This document shows, piece after piece, positions 1-11,151 of a DNA stretch of 64,000 nucleotides (within the stretch, counting starts at the first letter, position 1; each line of letters opens with the position of its first letter). The notes under the pieces were generated by a model that was not told where the DNA came from, did no database searches, and saw only the letters and a program-made list of their open reading frames with translations. Source of the stretch: Sphingomonadales bacterium (GTDB lineage: Bacteria > Pseudomonadota > Alphaproteobacteria > Sphingomonadales > Sphingomonadaceae); contig JBBSUT010000002.1 in NCBI GenBank assembly GCA_038234155.1, positions 7,504 through 71,503 on the forward strand. The letters are read 5' to 3'. The translations under genes and the position numbers were made by a program.

Positions 1-395
1 ACATCGTGGAAGATGTCGGGCTCCTGCAGATAATCTAGCTGATCAGGTCGCCGAATAAAATTACCCGACACGAAACGGCGATTGGCCAAATGATCGAAGA
101 ACACGTCGTCCGGCACCAGCCCCGGAACCGCCACCACCTGCCAGCCGGTGGCCGCCATCAGCCGCTCGTTGAGCTCGGCAAAATCGGGGATGCCGGGCTT
201 GGACAGCTGCAGCACATCCAGACCTTTCAGGAATTCCTGCGATGCCCGGCCAGGCAGCATCGCACGCTGCCGCGCGAACAGCTTGTCCCAGGTGGCATGT
301 TCCTCCGCGCTGTAGCCGTCCCACCCTTGTGGAATGGTCCAGTCGGGCGCGGCGCCCTCCGGCGGCGTACTGAAGACGTGACTTTCTGCGTTCAT
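1..395 (-). CDS. phhA: phenylalanine-4-hydroxylase, N-terminal part (gene runs off the left edge)
   Basis: Not in the ORF track because it is truncated. Manual minus-strand translation from the ATG at 395-393 gives MNAESHVFSTPPEGAAPDWTIPQGWDGYSAEEHATWDKLFARQR...VPGLVPDDVFFDHLANRRFVSGNFIRRPDQLDYLQEPDIFHDV. The LANRRF and YLQEPDIFHD blocks are aromatic amino-acid hydroxylase signatures. Confidence 0.85.
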   Translation of the reverse strand, partial: MNAESHVFSTPPEGAAPDWTIPQGWDGYSAEEHATWDKLFARQRAMLPGRASQEFLKGLDVLQLSKPGIPDFAELNERLMAATGWQVVAVPGLVPDDVFFDHLANRRFVSGNFIRRPDQLDYLQEPDIFHD

Positions 396-460
396 ACGGC
401 GATCATAGCATGATGCGGGCGGGTAACGGAAGAGAGCGGACACAAACCGCGATACGCGTA

Positions 461-1126
461 ATGCGCGGCGCGCTGGCGTGGCTGCTTCTCATCGTCGGCC
501 TGTATTTCGGCGCGGCGCTCATGGGCGCGATGATTGCGGCCAATCCCGGTTGGCACCAGCCAGAACAGGGCGTGGAAATCTGGGTGGAGACCAACGGCGT
601 CCACACAGGGATCGTCATGCCGCTGGCCAATGCGGAGGCCGATTGGCGCGATCTGCTGCAACCTGCGGACATCCGCGACCCGCGTTATTACAGTACGCAT
701 GTGCTGATTGCCTGGGGCGAGGCGCGCTTCTACCGCCAGACCAGGACGTGGCGTGATCTGACCCCCGCCATCGCATGGAATGCGGCCACCGGATCGAACG
801 ATGTGCTGATGCATGTCGATCATCTCTATCATCCCGGACCGGAGCCCTATCGCCGACGCGTCGTTCTGACGGCGGACCAGTACCGGCGGCTGACCCGCGC
901 CATTCGCGCGCAGTTCAGCCCAGGCGCCAACGGCCGCGCGGCGTCCAGCTACGGATATGGCCCTAACGACGCTTTCTATGCCGCGCACGGTCATTACAGC
1001 GCGTTCAACACCTGCAACAGCTGGACCGGCCGGATGTTGCGCGAATCGGGCGTAACCGTGGGGGCATGGACCCCGATGGCAGGCGGCGTGATGCGCTGGT
1101 TTCCCGCTGCATCCGCCATTCATTAA
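461..1126 (+). CDS. TIGR02117/DUF2459 family membrane-anchored conserved hypothetical protein
   Basis: ORF 410..1126. The likely start is MRGALAWLLLIVGLYFGAALMGAMIAA (TM helix), though 410 or 413 are possible. Conserved-looking blocks are NGVHTGIVMP and YSAFNTCNSWTGRML. Family assignment is from memory of this sequence pattern. Confidence 0.7.
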   Translation: MRGALAWLLLIVGLYFGAALMGAMIAANPGWHQPEQGVEIWVETNGVHTGIVMPLANAEADWRDLLQPADIRDPRYYSTHVLIAWGEARFYRQTRTWRDLTPAIAWNAATGSNDVLMHVDHLYHPGPEPYRRRVVLTADQYRRLTRAIRAQFSPGANGRAASSYGYGPNDAFYAAHGHYSAFNTCNSWTGRMLRESGVTVGAWTPMAGGVMRWFPAASAIH

Positions 1127-1179
1127 GCATTCACGCCCCGGAACCGTATGCAATCACCACGGAATGGAGGGACGTAGCG

Positions 1180-1545
1180 GTGTATCGGTGGGAATATTTT
1201 GGCGTGTCCGCTCTGCTGCTTGCCTCGACGGCTGCGACGGCGATGGACGCGCAGACCTTCTATACGCGCGCTCAGGCACTGCAAAAAAAAGGGCCGCTGG
1301 CGATGTTTTCCAGAGATCTCAAACCGTTGATGAATGAGATGAAGGCGGCAGGTGTCTCAGTGAAAGGAGAAAACGACGTTGCCAGGAAAAACGGCACGCC
1401 GCTCTATTGCCCTCCGGACACGGCGAAAGGAATGAGCCCGCAAGACGTGTTACAGGAATTCGGCCGGATTCCTGAGTCGCAGCGCAAGTCGATGTCCGTC
1501 CGTGACGCGTGGAAGTCCATCCTGATCCGCAAATTTCCCTGCTGA
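1180..1545 (+). CDS. small Sec-exported hypothetical protein (two Cys: LYCPP and C-terminal KFPC)
   Basis: In frame with ORF 1066..1545. GTG at 1180 is preceded by GGAGGG at a spacing of about 8 nt. Signal-peptide-like N-terminus (YFGVSALLLASTAATA/MDAQ). GC is lower than its surroundings. Confidence 0.55.
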   Translation: MYRWEYFGVSALLLASTAATAMDAQTFYTRAQALQKKGPLAMFSRDLKPLMNEMKAAGVSVKGENDVARKNGTPLYCPPDTAKGMSPQDVLQEFGRIPESQRKSMSVRDAWKSILIRKFPC

Positions 1546-1562
1546 CTGCCGCAAGGCGGCAG
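1546..1562. terminator. hairpin CTGCCG-CAAG-CGGCAG between the convergent small ORF and ligA (no T-tract)
   Basis: Perfect 6-bp stem with a tetraloop, directly after the stop at 1545 and 2 nt before the ligA stop codon. Confidence 0.3.
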
Positions 1563-1564
1563 TG

Positions 1565-3796
<2,232 letters not shown>

Positions 3797-3801
3797 TCAT
3801 C

Positions 3802-5481
3802 TCACACGCCCTCCAGCAGCCGATCCGCCTGCGCCCGTGCCTCGTCCGTCACCTCCGCGCCGGAAAGCATCCGCGCGATTTCCTGGCGGCGGGCGGCGGG
3901 ATCGAGCCGGTGGACGCCGGTGCGGGTCACGGTGCCCGCTTCTCCGCCATGAGCGCTCGACTTGGCAATGAACAGATGATGCGTGCCCGTGGCGGCGACT
4001 TGCGGGCTGTGGGTGACAGCGAGCAGCTGGCGGCTGGACGCTAGGCGCGCGAGGCGTTCGCCGATAGCACTGGCCACCGCACCACCGACACCGCGGTCGA
4101 TCTCGTCGAAAATGATCGTTTCCGCCCCGCCCTCTTCGGCCAGCGCGACCTTCAGCGCCAGAATGAAGCGCGACAGTTCTCCGCCTGAAGCAATCTTAGC
4201 CAGCGGCGCGAAGGGCGCGCCGGGATTGGTCGCGATCAGGAACTCCACCCGGTCCTTGCCGCGCGGTCCCCATTGTTCGGGGGGCAGCGGGTCAACTGAC
4301 GTCCGGAAGCGTGCAGCGTCAAGTTTCAGCGGCGCAAGTTCGCCCGCCACGGCAGCGTCCAAACGTGCCCCTGCCTGCGTGCGCCAGGCGGTCAGCGCGT
4401 CGGCGGCATCGGCATAGGCAGAGGCCGCCTGTGCCTCCGCTGCTTCCAGTTTGGCGATCCCGGCCGCGCCGCCCTTTAGCGCATCCCGTCTTGCGCTCAG
4501 CCGCGCAAGAAGGTCCGCCAGCGCGTCCGGCGCGACCTGATGCTTGCGGGCGACAGCGCGCAATTCGAACAAACGCATCTCTACGGCGTCCAGCCGTGCC
4601 GGCTCGAACGCCAGCGCATCTACGGCACAATTCAGCTTTTCCTCGGCTTCGGTCGCCTCGATCAAGGCGCGGTCGAGCGCCTCAAGTGCCTGGCCGAGCA
4701 GTGCATGCCCCTCGGACACCCGGTCGAGCCGGCGTGCGGCGCTGCGCAATTGGGCTATCCCCCCGTCCGATCCTTCGAATACGGCACGGATCGCCTCCAG
4801 ATCCTCGGCGATGCGCTCACCCGCCTGCATCGAAGCGCGCTCGTCGGCCAGGGCCTGTTCCTCGCCGGGTTCGGGCAACAGCGTTTCCAGCTCTCCCACC
4901 GCATGGTCGAGCCATTCGCGGTCCCGCTCTGCGGAGTCGCGTTCCTCCCGCGCGGTGTCGAGACAAATCTGCGCGGCGATCCAGGCCTTGTGCGCTGCGG
5001 CGACCGGAGCGGCATCGCTGCGCCCGTAGCCATCGAGCAATATCCGGTGACCGCGCGGATTGAGCAGACCGCGGTCGTCATGCTGACCATGAATCTCGAC
5101 AAGGTGGCGGCCAACTTCTCGCAGAAAGGCGGCGCTGCATGGCTGATCGGCAAGATAAGCCCGGCTGCCGCCGTCAGCCTTGACGGTACGCCGGATGATG
5201 AGCGGCTCGCCCGGCTCATGGTCGATGTCGTTCTCGCCCAGCAAGCGTTCAAGCGGCGAACCGGGCGGCGGCGCGGCGAAGCTGGCGGTTACCCGCGCGC
5301 GCTCGGCCCCCTGCCGCACCAACCCGCTGTCGGCGCGCGCGCCCAGCGCCAAGCCCAGCGAATCGAGCAGAATGGACTTGCCCGCGCCGGTTTCTCCGGT
5401 GAGCACGCTGAGCCCGCCCTCGAATTCCAGATCAAGCGCCTCGATCAGAACGACATCGCGGATAGACAGCGCGGTTAGCAT
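3802..5481 (-). CDS. recN: DNA repair protein RecN
   Basis: 559 aa. N-terminal Walker A (VLTGETGAGKSILLD), long coiled-coil middle, C-terminal SMC signature (ASGGELSRFILALKV) and Walker B (IIFDEID). Confidence 0.95.
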   Translation of the reverse strand: MLTALSIRDVVLIEALDLEFEGGLSVLTGETGAGKSILLDSLGLALGARADSGLVRQGAERARVTASFAAPPPGSPLERLLGENDIDHEPGEPLIIRRTVKADGGSRAYLADQPCSAAFLREVGRHLVEIHGQHDDRGLLNPRGHRILLDGYGRSDAAPVAAAHKAWIAAQICLDTAREERDSAERDREWLDHAVGELETLLPEPGEEQALADERASMQAGERIAEDLEAIRAVFEGSDGGIAQLRSAARRLDRVSEGHALLGQALEALDRALIEATEAEEKLNCAVDALAFEPARLDAVEMRLFELRAVARKHQVAPDALADLLARLSARRDALKGGAAGIAKLEAAEAQAASAYADAADALTAWRTQAGARLDAAVAGELAPLKLDAARFRTSVDPLPPEQWGPRGKDRVEFLIATNPGAPFAPLAKIASGGELSRFILALKVALAEEGGAETIIFDEIDRGVGGAVASAIGERLARLASSRQLLAVTHSPQVAATGTHHLFIAKSSAHGGEAGTVTRTGVHRLDPAARRQEIARMLSGAEVTDEARAQADRLLEGV

Positions 5482-5554
5482 GGATAAGCCCTACCCGCTT
5501 GGGCAGACAAGGGGAATAGAGCGTGAACGCAGGCCGCGCGCGGGCGGCACCGCA

Positions 5555-6343
5555 TCAGACGTAGCTTGGTGCCTTATCCTGCATAAGTTCATAGGCGCGC
5601 TCATACCATTTGCTGCCCGGATAATTATTGCCGAGAACGGCGGCGGCCTTTTTCGCCTCCTCCGGAATGCCGAGGGACAGATAGGATTCGACCAGCCGGT
5701 ACAACGCCTCAGGCGCGTGCGTCGTCGTCTGATATTTGTCGACCACCTCGCGAAAGCGCAGCGTGGCGGCGAGCCACTGGTTGCGCCGTTCGTAGAACCG
5801 CCCGATTTCCATTTCCTTGCCGGCCAAGTGATCATTCACCAGATCGATCTTGAGCGCGGCATCGGAAGCGTAGCGCGTTTCTGGGTAGCGGCGCTGCACC
5901 TCGCCCAGCGCGGCCAGCGCCTGCTCGGTCACGCTCTGGTCCCGCCGCACGTCGGTGATCTGCTCATAATAGCTGATGCCGATCAGATAATAGGCGTAAG
6001 CCGCGTCCTTGTTGCCGGGGTGGATCGACAGGAAACGCTGTGATGCCTCGATCGCCTTGGTATAATCGCTCGCCTGATAATAGCTGAACGCACTCATCAG
6101 CTGCGCGCGCCGAGCCCAGGGCGAATAGGGATGCTGACGCTCCACCTCGTCGAACAAGGCAGCGGCGACCTTGTACTGGTTCTTGTCCAGCCGATCCTTG
6201 GCCGCGTTGTACAACGTCCCGACGTCGCGCGCGACATAGGCTGTATCGGCTGATTTGCTGCCACCAATGCCGAGCGTGGAACAGCCGGAAAGCAAGCCAA
6301 TGGTGAGCGCGAGCGCGCCGGTGCGAAAGATCGTTCTGGTCAT
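5555..6343 (-). CDS. bamD: outer membrane protein assembly factor BamD (lipoprotein)
   Basis: ORF 5555..6442. The likely start is MTRTIFRTGALALTIGLLSGC (lipobox LSGC). TPR-like YfiO pattern (YNAAKDRLDKNQYKVAAALFDEVERQHPYSPWA...). Confidence 0.9.
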   Translation of the reverse strand: MTRTIFRTGALALTIGLLSGCSTLGIGGSKSADTAYVARDVGTLYNAAKDRLDKNQYKVAAALFDEVERQHPYSPWARRAQLMSAFSYYQASDYTKAIEASQRFLSIHPGNKDAAYAYYLIGISYYEQITDVRRDQSVTEQALAALGEVQRRYPETRYASDAALKIDLVNDHLAGKEMEIGRFYERRNQWLAATLRFREVVDKYQTTTHAPEALYRLVESYLSLGIPEEAKKAAAVLGNNYPGSKWYERAYELMQDKAPSYV

Positions 6344-6567
6344 GTCCGGTTCCCTAGCCTGCCGAGCGGGCGAGGCCAAGCCGTAAGCGTGGCCGGCTGT
6401 ACGCCCGATGAAGGCAGGGCCGCTCAGCGGTCCGGATCGCACGCCGCGTACTGAACAATTTTACCACGTCCCGTCAGCATTTGTTGAACCATGGTCCCCC
6501 ACAATGAGCTCTGAAGCAAAAGGGGTGGAAACCAAACACGTGGGGACGTGACCAGGGAATAGACGTA

Positions 6568-7188
6568 ATGCTCGACCTTTCGAATCGCGAACCGATATGC
6601 CTTGCCGAGGAACGCCGGCTAATCGCGCTTTACGCGCTGTACCGGATGGACGCGCCAGGCGATCCGCTGCTGCAGGCAATCGTGGTTCACGCCGCTGCGC
6701 TGTTCGACGCGCCGATCGGCTGCATCGCATTGGTGGACCGCAACCACCAGATGTTTATCGCGCGCCTGGGGATCGATATGATGCAGACCAACCGCAGCTG
6801 GTCCTTTTCCACCCATGCGATACAGAACGCAGGACCATATGAGATCGTCGATCCCGCCCGGCACGACATCTTTGCGGCCAATCCGCTGGTATTGGGTGCG
6901 CCCCATGTCCGCTATTACTGCGCCGCGCCGCTGCAACTGGCCAATGGGCGGCGCGTCGGCACACTGAGTGTGGTCGACGACCGGCAGCGGCCTGCCGCCA
7001 CGCCGCAACAGCGCGCTGCGTTGTCCGTGCTGGCGGCAGAGGCGGTCGACCGGCTTACAACGCTGGCGGCCGAGGCGCGTCCCCGGGACACCGACGATAG
7101 GGACTGTATGGTCCAAGCACGCCGCCGCCAACCTGCGCATGCCCATCCGGGCTTCGCTTCGCTCTGCGGCAGCCTGATCGCGGCCTGA
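6568..7188 (+). CDS. GAF domain-containing protein
   Basis: 206 aa. Single GAF-like core (...IGCIALVDRNHQMFIARLG...YYCAAPLQLANGRRVGTLSVVDDRQRP) with no output domain. Confidence 0.7.
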   Translation: MLDLSNREPICLAEERRLIALYALYRMDAPGDPLLQAIVVHAAALFDAPIGCIALVDRNHQMFIARLGIDMMQTNRSWSFSTHAIQNAGPYEIVDPARHDIFAANPLVLGAPHVRYYCAAPLQLANGRRVGTLSVVDDRQRPAATPQQRAALSVLAAEAVDRLTTLAAEARPRDTDDRDCMVQARRRQPAHAHPGFASLCGSLIAA

Positions 7189-7249
7189 CGCCGTTCTATA
7201 TCGGCAACCCACACAGGCTGCGACCACGAACTGACTGTAAAAAAAGATC

Positions 7250-7290
7250 AAAAAAAGGGCGCCGGATCTACCGGCGCCCCGTTTTCTTTG
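7250..7290. terminator. bidirectional intrinsic terminator shared by the GAF gene (+) and pnp (-)
   Basis: AAAAAAA, then GGGCGCCGG-ATCTA-CCGGCGCCC (7257-7279, perfect 9-bp stem), then CGTTTTCTTTG. It lies between convergent stops at 7188 and 7309. Confidence 0.75.
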
Positions 7291-7308
7291 CGTTCGCCAG
7301 CGACCGGA

Positions 7309-9612
7309 TCAGTCGTTGGTGATGAAGTCGGGCAGACCGGCGACCTCGCCCTTCGCACCATCATCGCCGCCGCCGCCGTCACGACCGCCGCGCGGACCGC
7401 GCCCACGGCCACGCGGACCACCGCGACCACCGTCTCCGTCACCGCGTGGCTTGCGATCGCCGCGATCGCTGCGGCCTTCGCTACGGCCCTCGCGTGGCGG
7501 ACGGCTGTCCTCCAGCTCTTCGCCGGTTTCCTGATCGACCACCCGCATCGACAGGCGCACCTTACCGCGCTGATCGATCTCGAGCACCTTGACCTTGACT
7601 TCCTGCCCTTCGGACAGGACGTCAGCGACCTTTTCCACGCGTTCGTTCTTGATCTCCGATACGTGGACCAGACCGTCCTTGCCGCCCATGAAGTTCACGA
7701 ACGCGCCAAAATCGACGAGGTTGACGACTTTACCGTTGTAGACCTTCCCCACTTCGGCCTCTTCCACAATGCCTTCGATCCAGCGCTTGGCCGCTTCGAT
7801 TTGGGCAACGTCGGAAGACGAGATCTTGATCACACCGTCATCGTCGATGTCGACCTTGGCGCCGGTTTCCGCGACGATCTCGCGGATGACCTTGCCGCCC
7901 GTGCCAATGATGTCACGGATCTTGGTCTTGTCGATCTGCATCGTCTCGATGCGGGGCGCGAAGTCCGACAGTTCCTGGCGGGTGCCGCCAAGCGCTTCGT
8001 TCATTTTGCCCAGAATGTGCGCGCGGCCTTCCTTGGCCTGCGCCAGCGCGGTCTTCATGATCTCCTCGGTGATCCCGGCGACCTTGATGTCCATCTGGAG
8101 CGAGGTGATGCCCTGCTCAGTACCGGCCACCTTGAAGTCCATATCGCCCAGATGATCCTCGTCACCCAGAATGTCCGACAGGACGGTAAAGTCATCGCCT
8201 TCCAGGATGAGGCCCATGGCGATGCCCGAAACCGGGCGCTTCAGCGGCACGCCCGCGTCCATCATCGCCAGCGAACCACCGCACACGGTCGCCATCGAGG
8301 ACGAGCCGTTGCTCTCGGTGATGTCTGAAAGAACGCGGATGGTGTAGGGAAATTCGTCCATGTCGGGCAGCACGGGGCGCAGCGCGCGCCATGCCAGCTT
8401 GCCGTGCCCGGTTTCGCGGCGGCTGGTGAAGCCGAAGCGGCCCACTTCGCCGACCGAATAGGGTGGGAAATTATAATGCAGCATGAAGCGCTCATAGCTG
8501 AGGCCCTCCAGACCGTCGATCATCTGTTCGGCGTCCTTCGTGCCAAGCGTGGTGGTGCAGATGGCCTGCGTCTCGCCGCGCGTGAACAGCGCCGAACCAT
8601 GGGCGCGGGGCAGGAAATGCACCATCGCCTCGATCGGCCGGATCTCGTTGGTCTTGCGGCCATCGATACGGCTGCCGTCCTTGAGGATGGCACCGCGCAC
8701 GATATCAGCTTCCAACTTCTTGACCATCTTGCCGGCAGTCATCTGCTGCTGCCCATCGGCATCGGCATAGTGCGCCTTCGCTTTGTCACGCGCCATATTG
8801 AGCGCGTTCGATCGCTCGGACTTGTCGGTGAGCTTGTAGGCGGCGGCAATGTCCTTGCCGATCAGACCTTTCAGCTCTTTCTTGACCGCATCATTGCCGT
8901 CGGAGCTTTTGACTTCCCACGGCTCCTTTGCGGCCTTCTCGGCCAAATCGATGATCGCGTTGATCACTGGCTTGATGTGCTGATGCGCAAACATCACTGC
9001 ACCAAGCATGATTTCTTCGTCCAGTTCCTTGGCTTCGGATTCCACCATCATCACGGCGTCGCCGGTAGCAGCAATGACCAAGTCGAGCTCGCCCTCTTCC
9101 TTGATGCTCGAGAGGCTGGGATTGAGCTGATATTCGCCGTTCTGATAACCAACGCGTGCGCCGCCGATCGGGCCCATGAAAGGCAGACCGGATATGGTCA
9201 GCGCCGCAGACGCCGCGATCAGCGCCAGGATATCAGGCTCAGTCTCGCCATCATAGCTAAGGACCTGGCAGATCACGTTGATTTCATTGTAGAAACCTTC
9301 CGGGAACAGCGGGCGCACCGGACGGTCGATGAGACGGCTCGTGAGCGTCTCCTTTTCCGTGGCGCGGCCTTCACGCTTGAAGAAGCCGCCCGGAATGCGT
9401 CCGGCGGCCGAGAACTTTTCCTGATAGTGGACGGTGAGCGGGAAAAAGTCCTGCCCATCGCGAACCGATTTGGCGGCGGTCACGGCGCACAACACAACGG
9501 TGTCGCCATAAGTGGCCAGCACGGCGCCGTCGGCCTGACGGGCGATGCGGCCGGTTTCCAGAGTGAGGGTCTTGCCGCCCCATTCCAGCTCTACTTTTTG
9601 CGTATCGAACAT
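7309..9612 (-). CDS. pnp: polyribonucleotide nucleotidyltransferase (PNPase) with an RGG-rich C-terminal tail
   Basis: 767 aa starting [31 protein letters not shown]. Two RNase PH domains, KH and S1 ([20 protein letters not shown]). Confidence 0.97.
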   Translation of the reverse strand: MFDTQKVELEWGGKTLTLETGRIARQADGAVLATYGDTVVLCAVTAAKSVRDGQDFFPLTVHYQEKFSAAGRIPGGFFKREGRATEKETLTSRLIDRPVRPLFPEGFYNEINVICQVLSYDGETEPDILALIAASAALTISGLPFMGPIGGARVGYQNGEYQLNPSLSSIKEEGELDLVIAATGDAVMMVESEAKELDEEIMLGAVMFAHQHIKPVINAIIDLAEKAAKEPWEVKSSDGNDAVKKELKGLIGKDIAAAYKLTDKSERSNALNMARDKAKAHYADADGQQQMTAGKMVKKLEADIVRGAILKDGSRIDGRKTNEIRPIEAMVHFLPRAHGSALFTRGETQAICTTTLGTKDAEQMIDGLEGLSYERFMLHYNFPPYSVGEVGRFGFTSRRETGHGKLAWRALRPVLPDMDEFPYTIRVLSDITESNGSSSMATVCGGSLAMMDAGVPLKRPVSGIAMGLILEGDDFTVLSDILGDEDHLGDMDFKVAGTEQGITSLQMDIKVAGITEEIMKTALAQAKEGRAHILGKMNEALGGTRQELSDFAPRIETMQIDKTKIRDIIGTGGKVIREIVAETGAKVDIDDDGVIKISSSDVAQIEAAKRWIEGIVEEAEVGKVYNGKVVNLVDFGAFVNFMGGKDGLVHVSEIKNERVEKVADVLSEGQEVKVKVLEIDQRGKVRLSMRVVDQETGEELEDSRPPREGRSEGRSDRGDRKPRGDGDGGRGGPRGRGRGPRGGRDGGGGDDGAKGEVAGLPDFITND

Positions 9613-9650
9613 ATGATTTCCTTCTGAACCCTTCCGCCAGATTGCGCGAA

Positions 9651-9740
9651 GGGGCCTCTTGTTTCCGCACGGGTCCGGCGCGGATCGGATATGGGCTACT
9701 ATGCGCCCGGTGGGCCGTCCGCCTCATTGCGGAGAGCCCC
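9651..9740 (-). promoter_or_regulatory. long imperfect stem-loop in the rpsO-pnp intercistronic leader (candidate RNase III / autoregulatory hairpin)
   Basis: GGGGCCTC...TTCCGCA...CCGGCGCGG pairs with CGCCCGG...TGCGGAG...GAGAGCCCC over about 90 nt. The position matches the well-known pnp leader hairpin of other bacteria. The fold was judged by eye only. Confidence 0.4.
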
Positions 9741-9782
9741 GTTCATGTGAGTCTTGTAACGGGAACAAAGTCACAGGAACAA

Positions 9783-9811
9783 ACAAAAAACGGCCCCGCT
9801 AGGCGGAGCCG
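9783..9811 (-). terminator. intrinsic terminator/attenuator downstream of rpsO
   Basis: On the minus strand, ACGGCTCCGC-CTA-GCGGGGCCGT (10-bp stem including one G-U) is followed by TTTTTT. It starts 12 nt after the rpsO stop. Confidence 0.75.
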
Positions 9812-9822
9812 TCTTTTAATTC

Positions 9823-10092
9823 TTACTTGCGCAGGCCGAGCTTCTTGATCAAATCAGCATAGCGCTGCTCGTCCTTCTTGCGGAGATAATCCAGCAAGGA
9901 GCGGCGCTTGTTGACCATGGCCAGCAATCCGCGGCGCGAATGATTGTCCTTGTGGTTATCCTTGAAGTGATCGGTGAGGTTGTTGATGCGATCAGTCAGG
10001 ATCGCGACCTGCACTTCGGGAGAACCCGTATCGCCCTTCTGACGAGCGTTGTCGTTGATGACTTCCTGCTTGCGTTCTGCAGTGATCGACAT
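9823..10092 (-). CDS. rpsO: 30S ribosomal protein S15
   Basis: 89 aa, [44 protein letters not shown]... Confidence 0.97.
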   Translation of the reverse strand: MSITAERKQEVINDNARQKGDTGSPEVQVAILTDRINNLTDHFKDNHKDNHSRRGLLAMVNKRRSLLDYLRKKDEQRYADLIKKLGLRK

Positions 10093-10113
10093 AAATTCCG
10101 TTTCCTTCGAACA

Positions 10114-11151
10114 TCATAAATTGAAACCACGGACGATGCGGAGGTCTCCGCTGGTAATTTCGACCAGCGCGACGGGGACGTTATCCTCGCTTCGCGCCAG
10201 TTTCATACCGTCGTCTGCGGCAATCCCGGATAGAAGACGGCCCTGTCGGACCGCATGTGCCTCTCCGGGCGTGAGGGAAAGAGCCGGGATGTCGTCCAGC
10301 CCTGCCTCGAGTGGCAAAAGTGCTTCCTCAAGCGCGGCCCCATGACCGAGATCGGCCAGCTTGTCCAGCGAAATCGCGGAATCCAGCGCGAAGGGCCCCG
10401 CGCGGAGCCTCCTCAACATGGTGACGTGACCGTAACAATCAAGGGCGCGCGCAATGTCGCGCGCCAAGCTGCGGATATAGGTGCCTTTGGAAACGTGAGC
10501 GGTAAGAGTGATGCTGTTTAGAACCTCCCCGGTCACGGGGAGGGGCACCGCTGCCAAGGGCGGGGGTGGAGGGGCACCATCCTCTCCGCACTTCGGAAGT
10601 TGAGGCGCCTGCCTCTCCGCCATTTTCTTCGCAAGCGGTTCCCCTTCCCATTCAGGAGAGGATTTTAGGGTCAAAGCATGCACCGTCACGCCGCGCATTT
10701 TCATCTCCACCGGTTCCCCGGCGCGCGCCAGATCATAGGCGCGCCGCCCGTCAATCTTGAGCGCGGAATATTTGGGTGGGATCTGCTCGATCGGGCCAAT
10801 GAAGCGCGGCAGCGCCGCCTCGACCGCTGCCAGCGTAGGCCGCGCATCGCTACTCTCGGTCACCGCCCCCTCAGCGTCGAGCGTCTCGGTTTCCACCCCG
10901 AAGCCGATGGTGAATTCATAGATCTTGCTCGCGTCCAGCATGCGCCCGGCCAGCTTGGTTGCCTCGCCCAGCGCGATCGGCAGCACGCCGGTGGCCAGCG
11001 GATCGAGCGTGCCGCCATGGCCGACTTTGCATCTGGCATAGCCACCCGCGCGAAGGGCACGCTTCACCAAACTGACACCCAAGGTGGAGCCGACACCTAG
11101 CGGCTTGTCTAGAACCAGCCATCCATTCAGACGACCGCCGCCATCAGACAC
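10114..11151 (-). CDS. truB: tRNA pseudouridine(55) synthase TruB (carries an in-frame insertion of about 45 aa)
   Basis: ORF 10114..11250. The start was set to the GTG at 11151-11149, 5 codons before RLNGWLVLDKPLG and overlapping the tdk stop (GTGTCTGA). Catalytic motif HGGTLDPLATGVLPI and the KGTYIRSLARD block are present. Confidence 0.9.
   Translation of the reverse strand: MSDGGGRLNGWLVLDKPLGVGSTLGVSLVKRALRAGGYARCKVGHGGTLDPLATGVLPIALGEATKLAGRMLDASKIYEFTIGFGVETETLDAEGAVTESSDARPTLAAVEAALPRFIGPIEQIPPKYSALKIDGRRAYDLARAGEPVEMKMRGVTVHALTLKSSPEWEGEPLAKKMAERQAPQLPKCGEDGAPPPPPLAAVPLPVTGEVLNSITLTAHVSKGTYIRSLARDIARALDCYGHVTMLRRLRAGPFALDSAISLDKLADLGHGAALEEALLPLEAGLDDIPALSLTPGEAHAVRQGRLLSGIAADDGMKLARSEDNVPVALVEITSGDLRIVRGFNL
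10520..10665. repeat. hairpin- and direct-repeat-rich segment inside truB (REP/MITE-like)
   Basis: CCTCCCC-GGTCAC-GGGGAGG (10524-10543). The 11-mer GGAGGGGCACC occurs twice (10539, 10568). The 9-mer CCTCTCCGC occurs twice (10581, 10612). The inverted partner GGAGAGG is at 10655-10661. Confidence 0.5.
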
